Assembly (NCBI GenBank): GCA_027493955.1
Contig: JAOSJT010000001.1
Location: forward strand, 4,056,003-4,120,002
Direction: 5' to 3'
Length of the DNA: 64,000 nt
From: Bacteroidia bacterium
GTDB taxonomy: Bacteria; Bacteroidota; Ignavibacteria; SZUA-365
Shown here piece after piece: positions 28,001 to 37,635 of this stretch; the first letter of the stretch is position 1, and every line of letters starts with the position of its first letter. The position numbers and the translations under genes are program-made. The notes under the pieces were generated by a model that had not been told where the DNA came from, made no database searches, and worked only from the letters and a program-made list of their open reading frames with translations.

Positions 28001-28471
28001 GAGGACCGACGCGAGATTCAACTTCTCGAAGGTGTCCGCAACGTCACGGAATCCGGCATCAACGAGTGCGGGTGAGAAGGCGGGTTGCGTTTCGGCGTGC
28101 ATGCTCCTGTACACCTGCATGGCGTCGAGCAAGCGGTCGCGCACATGCGGAAAGTGCGAGCCGACCTGCAGCGCGACGGTGTCGTCGCTCTTTCGGCGCG
28201 AGGGTGAGAAGCGATCACGCAGTGCCGGTCCGGCAAGAAACGTAATCGCCGCGACAGCGGAGAGCACGGATACGGCGAAGAGTATGGTGCGTGCCTCTAT
28301 GCCGAACCAGAGTATGGCTTCGAGAGCGCTGACGACGAAGCCCAGGAGCATCAGAGCCGATCCGGCGAGCAACACACCGCGGAGCGTGCTGTTGCGTTCC
28401 TCGCTGTTTCTGAGGGAACGCAGGGCTCCCAGGATACGATTGTACTGCACGAGATTTGATGTATCCGTCAT
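25079..28471 (-). CDS. DUF4175-like large membrane-anchored protein with a long Q/E/K-rich coiled-coil C-terminal half
   Basis: 1130 aa with two N-terminal TM helices. The central beta-rich region is typical of DUF4175 (Bat-like aerotolerance neighbourhood). About 450 aa of coiled-coil / Gln-rich low complexity follow. Its start lies 12 nt downstream of the DUF4159 gene stop. Confidence 0.8.
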   Translation of the reverse strand: MTDTSNLVQYNRILGALRSLRNSEERNSTLRGVLLAGSALMLLGFVVSALEAILWFGIEARTILFAVSVLSAVAAITFLAGPALRDRFSPSRRKSDDTVALQVGSHFPHVRDRLLDAMQVYRSMHAETQPAFSPALVDAGFRDVADTFEKLNLASVLDTKPLRTALRMSAGVLLFCIAFALLLPSSLFTAAGRILQFRTDFAPPAPFEFRVTPGDMDAVKGERIELTATTTSPNRQEISFYLRQEGQETFDQVAALRDSSGRSVYVIEGLRSSLTYYAEAAGYRSRQFSINVVDRPFVRSLRVKLTFPSYTRIPPKYLDENVGDITGLPGTKVSVEMALNKEVRQAALVFADSSEVPVRAQGSRAAGEFTLRKDNSWHVRLMDEGGIPNASPIEYMIKVTTDAPPTVEILEPGANVNIDESMRLRMAMRIGDDYGFSKLVLKYRLAASRYERPQEEYTSIPIPLPSARELDMQVPYIWNLTSLSLVPEDVVSYYVEIYDNDNVNGPKVGRSQVYSLRLPSLEEVFARADSEQNKAIEDLQETAKAAQEVQSEMEKLQQELKQQNAEKLSWQQQKKVEELMQRQEQMLKEVQKVNEQMSELKQDMQKQNILSEETLKKYEELEQLMREVDAPELRENMKRMNELMKQMTPEQMREAMEKFTFNEENFRRSIDRTIDLLKRLQIEQKVDELTKRSKDLADKQEDLANRTEKADPSNQQELDKLAQEQRELQKEMDAMQREMAELQKKMEEFPQEMPLNEMQDAQSEMNLSQMQQQMSNSASMCQGGNCQGASKQQKQTAEQLRKVQKKMDQVKKKMNSEMQKMVQRGFQKALKETLELSKKQEDLKNRVANLPENSPQYREALREQSQLMEQLDQTGNELMELAKKTFAVNQQMAEHLGKAMQQMKQAMQSMQNRDKRSGGQQQGGAMAELNEAARQISKGMQSSSQSGSSQGGSMMQQLRQAAQQQMSINQGMPMPQQGGMSQQQMQQMQRLMVQQQAVQKTVEELNKEAKKSEEGKRILGDLERVAQEMQEVVHDMQQNNVNPNTIQKQERILSRLLDASRSTRERDWEKQRRSRTGQDVARRGPGQIDPSQLNPEKGLQRDLQRAVNEGYSRDYETLIRKYFEKVSAEQ

Positions 28472-28483
28472 ATCATTGCCTTT

Positions 28484-29200
28484 CTACTGCGTCAACGCAT
28501 ACACGATGATATTCAGCCCCATCTGCAGCGCTTTTTCCCGCACATCCTCGGGATTATTGTGTACATCCGGATCGGCCCAGCCATCCGCCAGGTTGCTCTC
28601 GAACGTGTAGAAGAGAACGAGGCGCCCTTCATGGAACACGCCGAAGCCCTGCGGCGGCTTTTTATCATGCTCGTGAATCTTCGGCAAGCCATTGGAGAAG
28701 GTGAAATGCGCACGGTAGATCGGATGATCGAAGGGTAATTCGATGAGCTGCTTGTCGGGAAATACTTTTCTGAGTTCGCGTCGGAACGCCTTATCGAAAC
28801 CATAATCGTCGTCAACGTACAGGAAGCCGCCGTTTTCGAGATAATTCCTCAAATTCGCCGCTTCCCTGTCTGAAAGGTTGATGCTGCCATGACCCGTCAT
28901 GAACAGGAAGGGATAGGCGAAGAGTTTCTCGCTGCCCACCTCGACGAATTCTTCTGTTTTCACCTCTATATCGATGCGTGTATGCTGCTTGAGGAAACGC
29001 AGCATATTCAGCTCGGAGGATGGGTCGTTATACCAATCACCGCCTCCGCCGTACTTCACGCGCGCAATGACGAATTTACTGGAATGCTTTTCGACGGTCT
29101 GCGCGGGCGCCCCCGACGGCAGGAGCAGCACGATGAGCGGAACGATAATCGAGCCCAGGAATATGGTGTAGCGGTATGCGACGATTGTCTTCATAGACAT
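28484..29200 (-). CDS. DUF4159 domain-containing protein
   Basis: Motifs FVIARVKYGGGGDWYNDPSSELNMLRF, FLFMTGHGSINLSDREAANLRNYLENGGFLYVDDDYG and PKIHEHD. The start is ambiguous (ATG at 29194, 29200 or 29212). The longer track ORF to 29425 is Arg/Ala-rich and unlikely. Confidence 0.8.
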   Translation of the reverse strand: MSMKTIVAYRYTIFLGSIIVPLIVLLLPSGAPAQTVEKHSSKFVIARVKYGGGGDWYNDPSSELNMLRFLKQHTRIDIEVKTEEFVEVGSEKLFAYPFLFMTGHGSINLSDREAANLRNYLENGGFLYVDDDYGFDKAFRRELRKVFPDKQLIELPFDHPIYRAHFTFSNGLPKIHEHDKKPPQGFGVFHEGRLVLFYTFESNLADGWADPDVHNNPEDVREKALQMGLNIIVYALTQ

Positions 29201-29537
29201 AAAAGTTACCATGAGACCGGTTTGCGAGCAAGGCGAATAAAATGGGACAATCAGGATGCGACTGGAACGATGAATACGGCGCGCACGAGCCGCCGCGGCG
29301 GTGAATGCTGCATGTCGAAACGTCCACCGGCGGACGGGCTTCCCGTCCGCGGGCGAAGCACGTACGATGGTCAGACGCCCAGAAGGGCTATTGTTGCCCT
29401 GCGTCGCGCTTCGGTCCGATGACACCCCGCTCCAGGTATCCTCTCAATTTTCCGCTCGATTGCATGCGATGCCTGGCCGTTTTCCTTTCCAATAGGCATT
29501 TTCGTACTTTTTTCTTTTCACACGAAAAGGAGCAAGC

Positions 29538-30728
29538 ATGCAGCACGCCGTGATCTCACGCGAAAATCTCGAAACATGGGCCTCGTATCTGCTCGATTAC
29601 TCCCTCGGAGGCATCGGGAAAACGGATGTTGTCATGATCAAGGGCGAGCATATCGCCTGGCCGCTTATCTCCGTGCTCCAGGATAAAATATTCGCGGCCG
29701 GCGGCGTGGCGGATGTCAATATTATCGCTCCGGACAATGATCGCGGAAAGGTCTGGGGTGCTTCCATTGCCCGCCATGGATCGGTGGAGCAAATTGAGCG
29801 CGTGCCGGAGTGGCACACACTTCGCTATGAGAGCATGACCAAGTACATCGAAATACTCGGCGCGGAAAATCCCTCTCTCTCTTCGGGATTACCGGAGGAA
29901 ACCGCGATGGCGCTCATGCGCATGGATGAACCCTACAAGCGCATACGCCTCGGTAAACCCTGGTTGCTGACACTGTACCCCACCCAGGGTTTTGCCGACC
30001 TCGAAGGCATGTCGCTGGAGGAATACACGAACATTATCGTCAGCGCATCAACGGTGGATCCTCGTGAATTGGATCGTATCGAGGAGGAAATCTGGGCGGT
30101 GATGTCGCGGAGCAGCGTCATTCGCATCGTCACAAGGCATCCCGAGCAGGGTTCTACCCACGAATTGCGAATGAATATCGGCGGACAGCGCGTAATCAAA
30201 TGCACCGGCAAGCGCAATTTCCCCGATGGCGAGGTGTTCACGAGTCCGGACGCTTCATCCGTTCAAGGCGAAATCTATGTGGACCTCCCCGTGTACAACA
30301 GCGGCAGCACCATCGAAGGAATTTTTCTGCGATTCGAGGACGGACGTATCACAGACTACACCGCGAAGGGTGGTTTCGAGACACTGAAGAAGGTGATAGA
30401 AACGGATGAGGGGTCGCATCGCCTCGGTGAGGTGGCTCTGGGTATGAACGCGGGAATACAGACAGCGCTCAAACACCCGTTGTTTGTGGAGAAAATCGGC
30501 GGTACGCTTCATATCGCCATCGGTGCCAGCTATCCGGAGTGTTATACGGACAACGGGCAGGAGGCGGGGGCGCAGGTCCAGGAGCGACTCGCCGCGGAGG
30601 GAAAACTCAACAGATCCGCCCAGCATGTTGATATCGTCACGGATTTCCGTCCGGGAGGCGCGGGTGTCGCGGTGTGTACGGACGATACGGAATTGCGCAT
30701 TCGCGACAATATCTGGGTCGTCCACTAA
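29538..30728 (+). CDS. M29 family aminopeptidase (AmpS/PepS type)
   Basis: 396 aa with family-typical segments (FPDGEVFTSPD, GEVALGMN, GGTLHIAIGASY). Confidence 0.8.
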   Translation: MQHAVISRENLETWASYLLDYSLGGIGKTDVVMIKGEHIAWPLISVLQDKIFAAGGVADVNIIAPDNDRGKVWGASIARHGSVEQIERVPEWHTLRYESMTKYIEILGAENPSLSSGLPEETAMALMRMDEPYKRIRLGKPWLLTLYPTQGFADLEGMSLEEYTNIIVSASTVDPRELDRIEEEIWAVMSRSSVIRIVTRHPEQGSTHELRMNIGGQRVIKCTGKRNFPDGEVFTSPDASSVQGEIYVDLPVYNSGSTIEGIFLRFEDGRITDYTAKGGFETLKKVIETDEGSHRLGEVALGMNAGIQTALKHPLFVEKIGGTLHIAIGASYPECYTDNGQEAGAQVQERLAAEGKLNRSAQHVDIVTDFRPGGAGVAVCTDDTELRIRDNIWVVH

Positions 30729-30929
30729 CGACGGCGCAGATACGGATCGGCTTCTCATCCCGTGGTGTTCGATTACACGATACCGTATGTCCGGTTTTTG
30801 AAATAATTGCGTAGATTTGAAATACTTCTGTACAACCGGAGGCGCGAGGTCCTCCATGCTACGCAACGGACATGCCAGTGATTGCAACGTGACAGCAGTG
30901 TAAGAGACGATTCAACGAGCCACGATACT

Positions 30930-31529
30930 ATGGAGAACGAAGAGTACATCAGAAAGCTCGCTTCCCTGGAGGATCGCATTGCGGGGTTGCGGGAGGCCAA
31001 TGAAGAATTGTTGGTTCAGCTTCAGGCCAAGGACGTCGAGTTACTTCGATTGAGAAGGGATTTGCAGGAGCGCCTGGCGGAGGCAATCTGGCGGGAGAAC
31101 GATATTCAGCGGAATCAGGAGCGTTTCCGCTCCCTCGTCGCAAATCTTCCCGGTGCCGTGTATCGCTGTTCGAACGACGCATTCTGGACCATGGAGTATC
31201 TGAGCGATCAGATAGAACAATTGTCCGGATATCCCGCGGCGGATTTCATTCAGAACTGCGCTCGCAGCTATAAAAGCATTGTGCATCCTGAGGATGTGAT
31301 CAAGGTCGTCAATGCGATCAGTCAGGGGGTGGAACAAAAGCGCCCGTACACAATCATCTATCGTATCAGACACAAAAACGGGACATATCGTACTGTGCAC
31401 GAGCGCGGGATCGGCATTCACGCATCCGATGGTACGCTGCTTTGGCTCGACGGCGTCATTTTCGATATATCAGGCCACGAGAACGGGCTCGTCGACTGGC
31501 CGGCGCCGCAGTATTCCGATCAGCTCTGA
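30930..31529 (+). CDS. Coiled-coil plus single PAS domain protein
   Basis: Start at ATG 30930 (MENEEYIRKLASLEDRIAGL...). The PAS core is NLPGAVYRC...YLSDQIEQLSGYPAADFI...YRIRHKNGTYRTVHERG. There is no output domain. Confidence 0.75.
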   Translation: MENEEYIRKLASLEDRIAGLREANEELLVQLQAKDVELLRLRRDLQERLAEAIWRENDIQRNQERFRSLVANLPGAVYRCSNDAFWTMEYLSDQIEQLSGYPAADFIQNCARSYKSIVHPEDVIKVVNAISQGVEQKRPYTIIYRIRHKNGTYRTVHERGIGIHASDGTLLWLDGVIFDISGHENGLVDWPAPQYSDQL

Positions 31530-31557
31530 TCGTCGTTCGCGCAGGCGGCGCGGGTGT

Positions 31558-31938
31558 TCAGATGAATGCTCTGATCGTGTCGATGAGATCTTTCCGCTCG
31601 AACGGTTTCGAAAGGTAGGCATTGCAGCCCGCCTCGATGCAGCGCACACGGTCTGCCGGAAATGCATGCGCCGTTACGGCAATGATAGGGAGAGCGGCAT
31701 GGTTCGGACTTTTACGAATTTTCATCGTCAAATCCAGTCCATTCTCGTCGCCGGGCAGCGACAGGTCCATGAGCACGAGATCGATGCCCTTGTGATTCAG
31801 AATATCCCAGGCCTCATCGGCCCAGGCCGTTGCCGTGACATCCCAGGTGTTCCGGAGCAGGACCTGGACATACTGAATGCTCTGTTCGTCGTCCTCCACG
31901 AGGAGAATCTGCTTACGTTCCGGCGTGTGCTCGTGCAT
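31558..31938 (-). CDS. Stand-alone response regulator receiver protein
   Basis: Start at ATG 31938 (MHEHTPERKQILLVEDDEQS...). The REC pattern is DLVLMDLSLPGDENG ... PIIAVTAHA ... YLSKPF. Confidence 0.85.
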   Translation of the reverse strand: MHEHTPERKQILLVEDDEQSIQYVQVLLRNTWDVTATAWADEAWDILNHKGIDLVLMDLSLPGDENGLDLTMKIRKSPNHAALPIIAVTAHAFPADRVRCIEAGCNAYLSKPFERKDLIDTIRAFI

Positions 31939-32275
31939 TGTGCGTATGGTACAGTGAGTAGGCGGCGTGCGGAATACTGGACGCAGTATTCCTGTAGGGA
32001 TAAAAAATGTACAATATATTTTTTTAACCGACAAATGGATTGTCCGTACGGCAGACGGAAGGACGGGTGCGGGCAGAGCGCCCCGCCGTACGCGTGCCTG
32101 GAGCCGTTGCGTCGCAACTCCGCAGGCGTGTTCTGCGACCGGCAGGGGGAGCGCCCTGAGAGCGCGTTGGCCGCCGCGGGACACAGGGCTGGTTTTATAT
32201 CCGACGTAGAAGTATTATGTTAAAATGTCGGGGCGACCCGAACCACAGCTTGTACCATCATCCGTGCGGATTCTC

Positions 32276-33895
32276 ATGAAAAAGATTGTCGAATGTGTCC
32301 CGAATTTCTCCGAAGGCCGCGACCAGCGCGTCATCGATGCCATTGCCGACGCCATACGTGCCACGGCCGGCTGTACACTGTTGGATGTGGATCCCGGCAA
32401 ATCCACCAACCGTACGGTGTACACCTTTGTCGGTTCGCCGGAAGCCGTGGTGGAGGGCGCCCTGAACGCCGCGCGTGCCGCAAAGGGCCTCATTGACATG
32501 ACGAAGCACAGTGGTGAACATCCGCGCATGGGCGCCATGGATGTCTGCCCCTTCGTGCCCGTCGCAAACGTCACCATGGAGGAATGCGTGGAATGCGCGA
32601 AGCGCTTCGGTGCCCGCGCGGGTGAGGAACTCGGCCTTCCGATCTATCTCTATGAGGAAGCGCAGCCGCTGGAATACCGAAAAAGTCTCAAGCACATCCG
32701 TGCCGGCGAGTACGAAGGAATGGCCAAGAAAATCGTTCAGCCCGAGTGGAAGCCCGATTTCGGTCCGGCGGAGTTTCTCCCTTCCTGGGGAGCCACCGCC
32801 ACGGGGGCGCGTTTCTTTCTCATCGCCTACAACGTGAACATTCTCGGCACCAAAGAGCAGGCGCATCGCATTGCCCTGAACATCCGCGAGCAGGGAAGAG
32901 GCGAGGACGAACCCGGACGTCTCAAGGCCGTGAAGGGAATCGGGTGGTGGGTGGACGAGTACAACATGGCGCAGGTGTCCATGAATCTCGACAACTACAA
33001 TATCACGCCGCCGCATGTCGCCTTCGAGGAATGTACCAAGGATGCGCGCGAACTGAATCTTGCCTCGGCGGGATCCGAAATCGTGGGTTTGATTCCCCTG
33101 CAGGCCATGCTGCTGGCGGCGGATTACTACATCGAGAAAGAAAACCTGTTCATCATTGACGAGCAGCAGAAAATTCGTCTCGTGATCGAGCGTCTGGGAC
33201 TGAACTCTGTCTCCCGCTTCGATCCGAAGAAGCGCATCATCGAATACATGATCGAAGAGGAGGGCAGCGAGCCTCTTGCGAGCATGAGCGTTCGCGACTT
33301 CGTGGAACTTACCGGCGCACGCACGTCCGCTCCAGGCGGTGGATCCGCCTCCGCGCTCATCGCCGCCACCGGAGCCGCGCTCGGCGCCATGGTAGGATGG
33401 ATGACCTATGGCAAGAAGAAATTCGAGGACAAGGACGCCATCATGCGGCGCCTGATCCCGCCGCTGCATCATGCGATGAAGGATCTGCTCCCCATGATCG
33501 ACGCGGACACCAACGCCTTCAACGATTACATGGATGCGCTCGGCATGCCGAAAACCACCGATGAGGAAAAAGCGCTTCGCACAGCGGCCATGCAGGCAGG
33601 ATTGAAAAAGGCGGTTGAGGTTCCCCTCGGCACGATGCGCATCGCGGACCGCTGTTGGGATGCCATGGAGGAGATGGCACAGCACGGGAACATGAGCTCG
33701 CGCTCGGATTTGGAAGTCGGCGCGAAAGCGCTCGAGACGGGTATCTGGGGTGCTTACAAGAATGTCATGATCAATCTCGACAGCATCAAGGATGAGGACT
33801 ACACTCTGCGCATCCGCGGAGAAGCCGATGCCATACTCGCACGCGCAAAGGAGAGGTGCATAGGTGTGCTCGGTATACTGCAAGCACGTGGATAA
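32276..33895 (+). CDS. ftcD: Bifunctional glutamate formimidoyltransferase / formimidoyltetrahydrofolate cyclodeaminase
   Basis: Start at ATG 32276 (MKKIVECVPNFSEGRD, the canonical FT N-terminus). The C-terminal cyclodeaminase domain contains SAPGGGSASALIAATGAALGAMV. Confidence 0.9.
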   Translation: MKKIVECVPNFSEGRDQRVIDAIADAIRATAGCTLLDVDPGKSTNRTVYTFVGSPEAVVEGALNAARAAKGLIDMTKHSGEHPRMGAMDVCPFVPVANVTMEECVECAKRFGARAGEELGLPIYLYEEAQPLEYRKSLKHIRAGEYEGMAKKIVQPEWKPDFGPAEFLPSWGATATGARFFLIAYNVNILGTKEQAHRIALNIREQGRGEDEPGRLKAVKGIGWWVDEYNMAQVSMNLDNYNITPPHVAFEECTKDARELNLASAGSEIVGLIPLQAMLLAADYYIEKENLFIIDEQQKIRLVIERLGLNSVSRFDPKKRIIEYMIEEEGSEPLASMSVRDFVELTGARTSAPGGGSASALIAATGAALGAMVGWMTYGKKKFEDKDAIMRRLIPPLHHAMKDLLPMIDADTNAFNDYMDALGMPKTTDEEKALRTAAMQAGLKKAVEVPLGTMRIADRCWDAMEEMAQHGNMSSRSDLEVGAKALETGIWGAYKNVMINLDSIKDEDYTLRIRGEADAILARAKERCIGVLGILQARG

Positions 33896-33899
33896 TCGT

Positions 33900-33926
33900 A
33901 TACGGGCCGCTGAAAGCGGCCCGTAT
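33900..33926 (+). terminator. Hairpin immediately after ftcD (no clear U-tract)
   Basis: ATACGGGCCGC-TGAAA-GCGGCCCGTAT, starting 5 nt after the TAA stop. Confidence 0.5.
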
Positions 33927-34113
33927 CGCATGTAGTGCTGTGCGTGATCCGGTCCGCCCATACGCTCCGGGCACGGGCGGTCGGGACAAACGACTTGTTA
34001 TTCTTCTATATTCGTGCTATACTATGGTCGCTTCAACGTCGTATTCCTCCGGTACACCGCGACGACCGCTGTCCGTGTCTTGCACCAAACACCGTCCACA
34101 AGGAGGCCTTCTG

Positions 34114-34833
34114 ATGAGACGCATTGCCACCCTGCTGATCCTTCTCCTGCGCGCAGTCTCGCTCTCTGCGGCTGAACCGGACACACTGGCCTCCTATCGT
34201 AATGTGCTCATGGTGTCCATCGGTTATCAACACTCCCCCCTGACCGAGTTCAACGATGGTATCGCACCCAGCGGCTTTGACGCGGTGAGTGCGACGAATC
34301 TGACGGGAGGGTTTGAATGGGCCTTCATCAATGCTCCGAAGCACATGCAGTCCATCTCGCTGGAGTTCACGCTTGCAAAGGAACTTGAGCGCGCCGAACC
34401 CCTGCAGCCGGCCCGCGAATTCCAGGTACGGAGCATGGCCGGGTACCTCAATTCCGGTCTGCCCGTGTACAACGATGGTTTTCATCGATTGCTGTTCCGT
34501 CTGGACCTCGGTGTGGGACTGACCGTGCTGTCGTCCGCACTGAAGCAGAACTTCCAGGATGTACTCGACGGGCTTCCGGCCGAGCGAAACACCATCAGTC
34601 AAAGTTCGCTGCTGCTGCGCCTCGGATTCCGGCATGAATTCCGTTTCGACAGCGACGCCGAATCTCCTTTCCCTATCGGTATCCGTGTGGGCTATGCGTT
34701 TACCCTCACCACCAACGACTGGACAAACGCCGATGCATTCGGCGCTTCAGGTATGCAGATCAGCGGGGGACCGAAGGCACAGTATACCGGTTTCTCCGCA
34801 GCCCTCGATCTGCCGCTGGCGGTATTTCGGTAA
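34114..34833 (+). CDS. Hypothetical secreted, beta-rich (possibly outer-membrane) protein
   Basis: Start at ATG 34114 (MRRIATLLILLLRAVSLSAAEP signal peptide). Alternating hydrophobic beta-strand-like segments follow. I recognised no family. Confidence 0.5.
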   Translation: MRRIATLLILLLRAVSLSAAEPDTLASYRNVLMVSIGYQHSPLTEFNDGIAPSGFDAVSATNLTGGFEWAFINAPKHMQSISLEFTLAKELERAEPLQPAREFQVRSMAGYLNSGLPVYNDGFHRLLFRLDLGVGLTVLSSALKQNFQDVLDGLPAERNTISQSSLLLRLGFRHEFRFDSDAESPFPIGIRVGYAFTLTTNDWTNADAFGASGMQISGGPKAQYTGFSAALDLPLAVFR

Positions 34834-35019
34834 GCGAACAGCATAGAGCGCCACAGGGGGGCCTGATCGCTTTTCGCAACCGGGCAGCCAACAATTTCCG
34901 GTACGTATCGCCTCGCGATGTCCGGCGCAGGATCATGCATGGACAGCATCCCGGTGCTCGCCGGACGCTGTCCGTTTACCGTCATTGTCCTGTCCTCCAC
35001 ACCTCCGTATATTGACGAA

Positions 35020-35799
35020 ATGGATAGTGCGCTCACGACAACGGAAATACTGCGCAGGCTTTTACAAGGCGAGATAAGCACCGAGGATTGTGTACGCGCG
35101 ATCGAAGCGGGTCGCAGTCACACACTTGCGGTGGATGGCATTGCACGGCTCGATCCCGGACGCAGGGAGCGTACGGGTTTTCCGGAGGTCATACTGGCGG
35201 AGGGCAAAGCGGATGATGATGTGCTGCGCATTCTTGAAACCCTTCGCGACGCGGCCAGAAGCAACATTCTCGTCTCGCGTCTCACGGAGCACCTCTTCGC
35301 TTCCTGTGCCAAAATACTTCCCGATGCCGAATACCATCACCGTTCCGGTATGGCGGTGTTCCGTCCGGATCCGCCGCAGGAACTGAAGGGTGACATTGCA
35401 CTGATCACCGCCGGCACCGCCGATCTCGGCATCGCCGAAGAGATAGAGATCGCCTGCCGCTATGCGGGCAGTTCCGTCCGCAGTTTTGCCGATGTGGGCG
35501 TTGCCGGCTTGCACCGCCTTCTCGATATTGTGCCGGAACTGGAGCGAGCCCGCGTCGTTGTCTGTGTGGCAGGCATGGAGGCGGCACTGCCGAGCGTACT
35601 CGCCGGTTTGCTTTCCGCACCCGTGATTGGCGTACCGGTTTCAACCGGCTATGGCGTCAATTCCGGAGGATGGAATGCCCTGCTTTCCATGCTGGGGTCC
35701 TGCGCCCCTGGCGTCCTCACGGTGAACATCGACAACGGTATCGGCGCAGCGGCTGCAGCCCACCGCATCAATCTGCTCGGAGAAGGGAAGCAGCGATGA
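35020..35799 (+). CDS. larB: Nickel-pincer cofactor biosynthesis protein LarB (PurE-like NaAD carboxylase/hydrolase)
   Basis: Start at ATG 35020. The N-terminus is RLDPGRRERTGFPEVILAEGK. The PurE-like half is IALITAGTADLGIAEE...VVCVAGMEAALPSVLAGL...PVIGVPVSTGYG. Confidence 0.8.
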   Translation: MDSALTTTEILRRLLQGEISTEDCVRAIEAGRSHTLAVDGIARLDPGRRERTGFPEVILAEGKADDDVLRILETLRDAARSNILVSRLTEHLFASCAKILPDAEYHHRSGMAVFRPDPPQELKGDIALITAGTADLGIAEEIEIACRYAGSSVRSFADVGVAGLHRLLDIVPELERARVVVCVAGMEAALPSVLAGLLSAPVIGVPVSTGYGVNSGGWNALLSMLGSCAPGVLTVNIDNGIGAAAAAHRINLLGEGKQR

Positions 35800-36629
35800 G
35801 CGACACTGCGGCACAGTATCAGGCGCTCCTTTCGCGTATTGCGGCGGATGGCACTTCAGAAGGGGACAACTATGTGGCATTCTCCGGCGGAGTGGACAGT
35901 GCGCTGGTAGCACACGGCGTGCATCGGGTATTTCCCGGACGTGCGCTCGCTGTCATGGCGCTGTCGCCATCCGTCTCCCGCGAGATGCGGGCATCCGCCG
36001 AGGCAGTTGCGGCACACATTGCTATTCCACTTCGCTTCGTGCAAACGTATGAAACAGAGAATCCCGTGTATGTCGCGAATGAAGGCCTCAGTTGTTATGT
36101 ATGCAAAAGCGGCATATACGATGCCATGAAGGCCATACGCGAACTGTTGCCCGCCGGAGAGGTCCGGTTGTTCAACGGGACCAATGCCGATGACCTGTCG
36201 GATCCCACGCGCGTGGGACTGCTCGCCGCCCGTGAACATGGCGTTCTCAGCCCTCTCGATTATCTCCGCAAAGAGGATGTCCGGCGGTTGTCGCGGCATG
36301 CGGGACTGCCGAACTGGAATCACGCGGCCTCACCCTGTCTTCGATCAAGACTGCATAGCGGCGTTCCGGCCAGTGATGTACACCTTCATCGCGTAGAAAG
36401 CGCCGAACGCATCGTTCGCAGCACGTATGGTCTTTCTCCCGCATGCAACTTCCGCGTACGCCATCTGCCCGGCGACCTCGCCATGTTGGAATTCGATGCC
36501 GAAACGTTAGCCACCGTCGACCCGGCTCTCTGTCGCGATGCGTTGATCGGGCTGGGCTATGCGGATGTACAGATACGCGTTTTTCGTTCCGGAGCCGTTG
36601 CATTCACACCGAGCGCCTCCGATTCCTGA
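35796..36629 (+). CDS. larE: ATP-dependent sacrificial sulfur transferase LarE (PP-loop ATP pyrophosphatase)
   Basis: ATG 35796 overlaps the larB stop (ATGA). It has the PP-loop AFSGGVDS and the conserved Cys context ASPCLRSRL. Confidence 0.8.
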   Translation: MSDTAAQYQALLSRIAADGTSEGDNYVAFSGGVDSALVAHGVHRVFPGRALAVMALSPSVSREMRASAEAVAAHIAIPLRFVQTYETENPVYVANEGLSCYVCKSGIYDAMKAIRELLPAGEVRLFNGTNADDLSDPTRVGLLAAREHGVLSPLDYLRKEDVRRLSRHAGLPNWNHAASPCLRSRLHSGVPASDVHLHRVESAERIVRSTYGLSPACNFRVRHLPGDLAMLEFDAETLATVDPALCRDALIGLGYADVQIRVFRSGAVAFTPSASDS

Positions 36630-36660
36630 TCACCAGCGCCGTCCAGGCGGCCGGAAACCC

Positions 36661-37635
36661 ATGCATCTTACCGAACTCCTCGCCCACAAACGCATTCTCA
36701 TACTCGACGGCGCCATGGGCACAGAATTGCAGCGTCAGGGTGTCGTGCTGGAGCCGCCGCTGTGGTCCGCGACGGCGCTTTTACGCGCACCGCATGTGGT
36801 ACGCAACATCCATTTCGCCTATTTGCACGCCGGCGCGGATATGATCACCACAAATACTTTCAGGACGAATATTCGAACCCTCGAGCGGGCGGGGATGGAG
36901 CATCGTTGGGAGGAACTCAACATGAAGGCGATGCAGCTCGCTCTCGAAGCCAGGGAGCGCTACATCCCCTCGCGTCCCGTGCTCATCGCGGGGGGGCTGG
37001 CTCCGGTAGAGGATTGCTACAGGCCCGATCTGGTTCCTGACGATGCGCAGCTGTTGGAGGAGCACACGAAGCAGGCCGAACTGTTGAGCATGCTCCGTGC
37101 GGATTTTCTGCTGGTCGAGACCATGATGACCGAACGCGAGGCGGTGATCGCCACGCACGCGGCTGCATCGACCGGCAAGGATGTCGCGACCAGCTTCACG
37201 TGCGGCGCAGACGGCAAGCTGCTTTCGGGAGAAGACGTTGTCGCGGCGGCGCGTTCCGTGCTGGATGCCGGCGCTGTGGCGGTGATGATCAACTGCGTTT
37301 CGACGCGCACCATGCTCGATCCGCTCACCCGGCTCACCTCATCTCTGGATGCTCCGGTAGGATGTTATGCGAATGTCGGGGATCCCACGGCAGACAATGC
37401 CAGCGATCTCGTGTGCGAGGTGGACGTAGAGGGCTTTGCTTTGGCTTCGCTTGGATGGCTGGCTGCCGGAGCGCGCCTCATCGGAGGATGTTGCGGCAGC
37501 ACAGCGGAACATATTACAGCGCTCACACGTCTTCATTCGCCTGAAACCCTGACCATGCAAGAAAAGGAGATCGATGCGTGGAACACGCGCGACAGGTACA
37601 CGACGCCGACCATTTCCCTCGGGGACGACGAATGA
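36661..37635 (+). CDS. Homocysteine S-methyltransferase family protein (MmuM/YagD-like)
   Basis: Start at ATG 36661 ([24 protein letters not shown]). Zinc-ligand contexts are MINCVS and [12 protein letters not shown]. Confidence 0.85.
   Translation: MHLTELLAHKRILILDGAMGTELQRQGVVLEPPLWSATALLRAPHVVRNIHFAYLHAGADMITTNTFRTNIRTLERAGMEHRWEELNMKAMQLALEARERYIPSRPVLIAGGLAPVEDCYRPDLVPDDAQLLEEHTKQAELLSMLRADFLLVETMMTEREAVIATHAAASTGKDVATSFTCGADGKLLSGEDVVAAARSVLDAGAVAVMINCVSTRTMLDPLTRLTSSLDAPVGCYANVGDPTADNASDLVCEVDVEGFALASLGWLAAGARLIGGCCGSTAEHITALTRLHSPETLTMQEKEIDAWNTRDRYTTPTISLGDDE

Noticed and set aside
32258-33961. 567-aa minus-strand ORF opposite ftcD
   Set aside because: The plus-strand product has unmistakable FTCD motifs from its first residues. 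The antisense frame is Arg/His/Gly-rich with no recognisable motifs.
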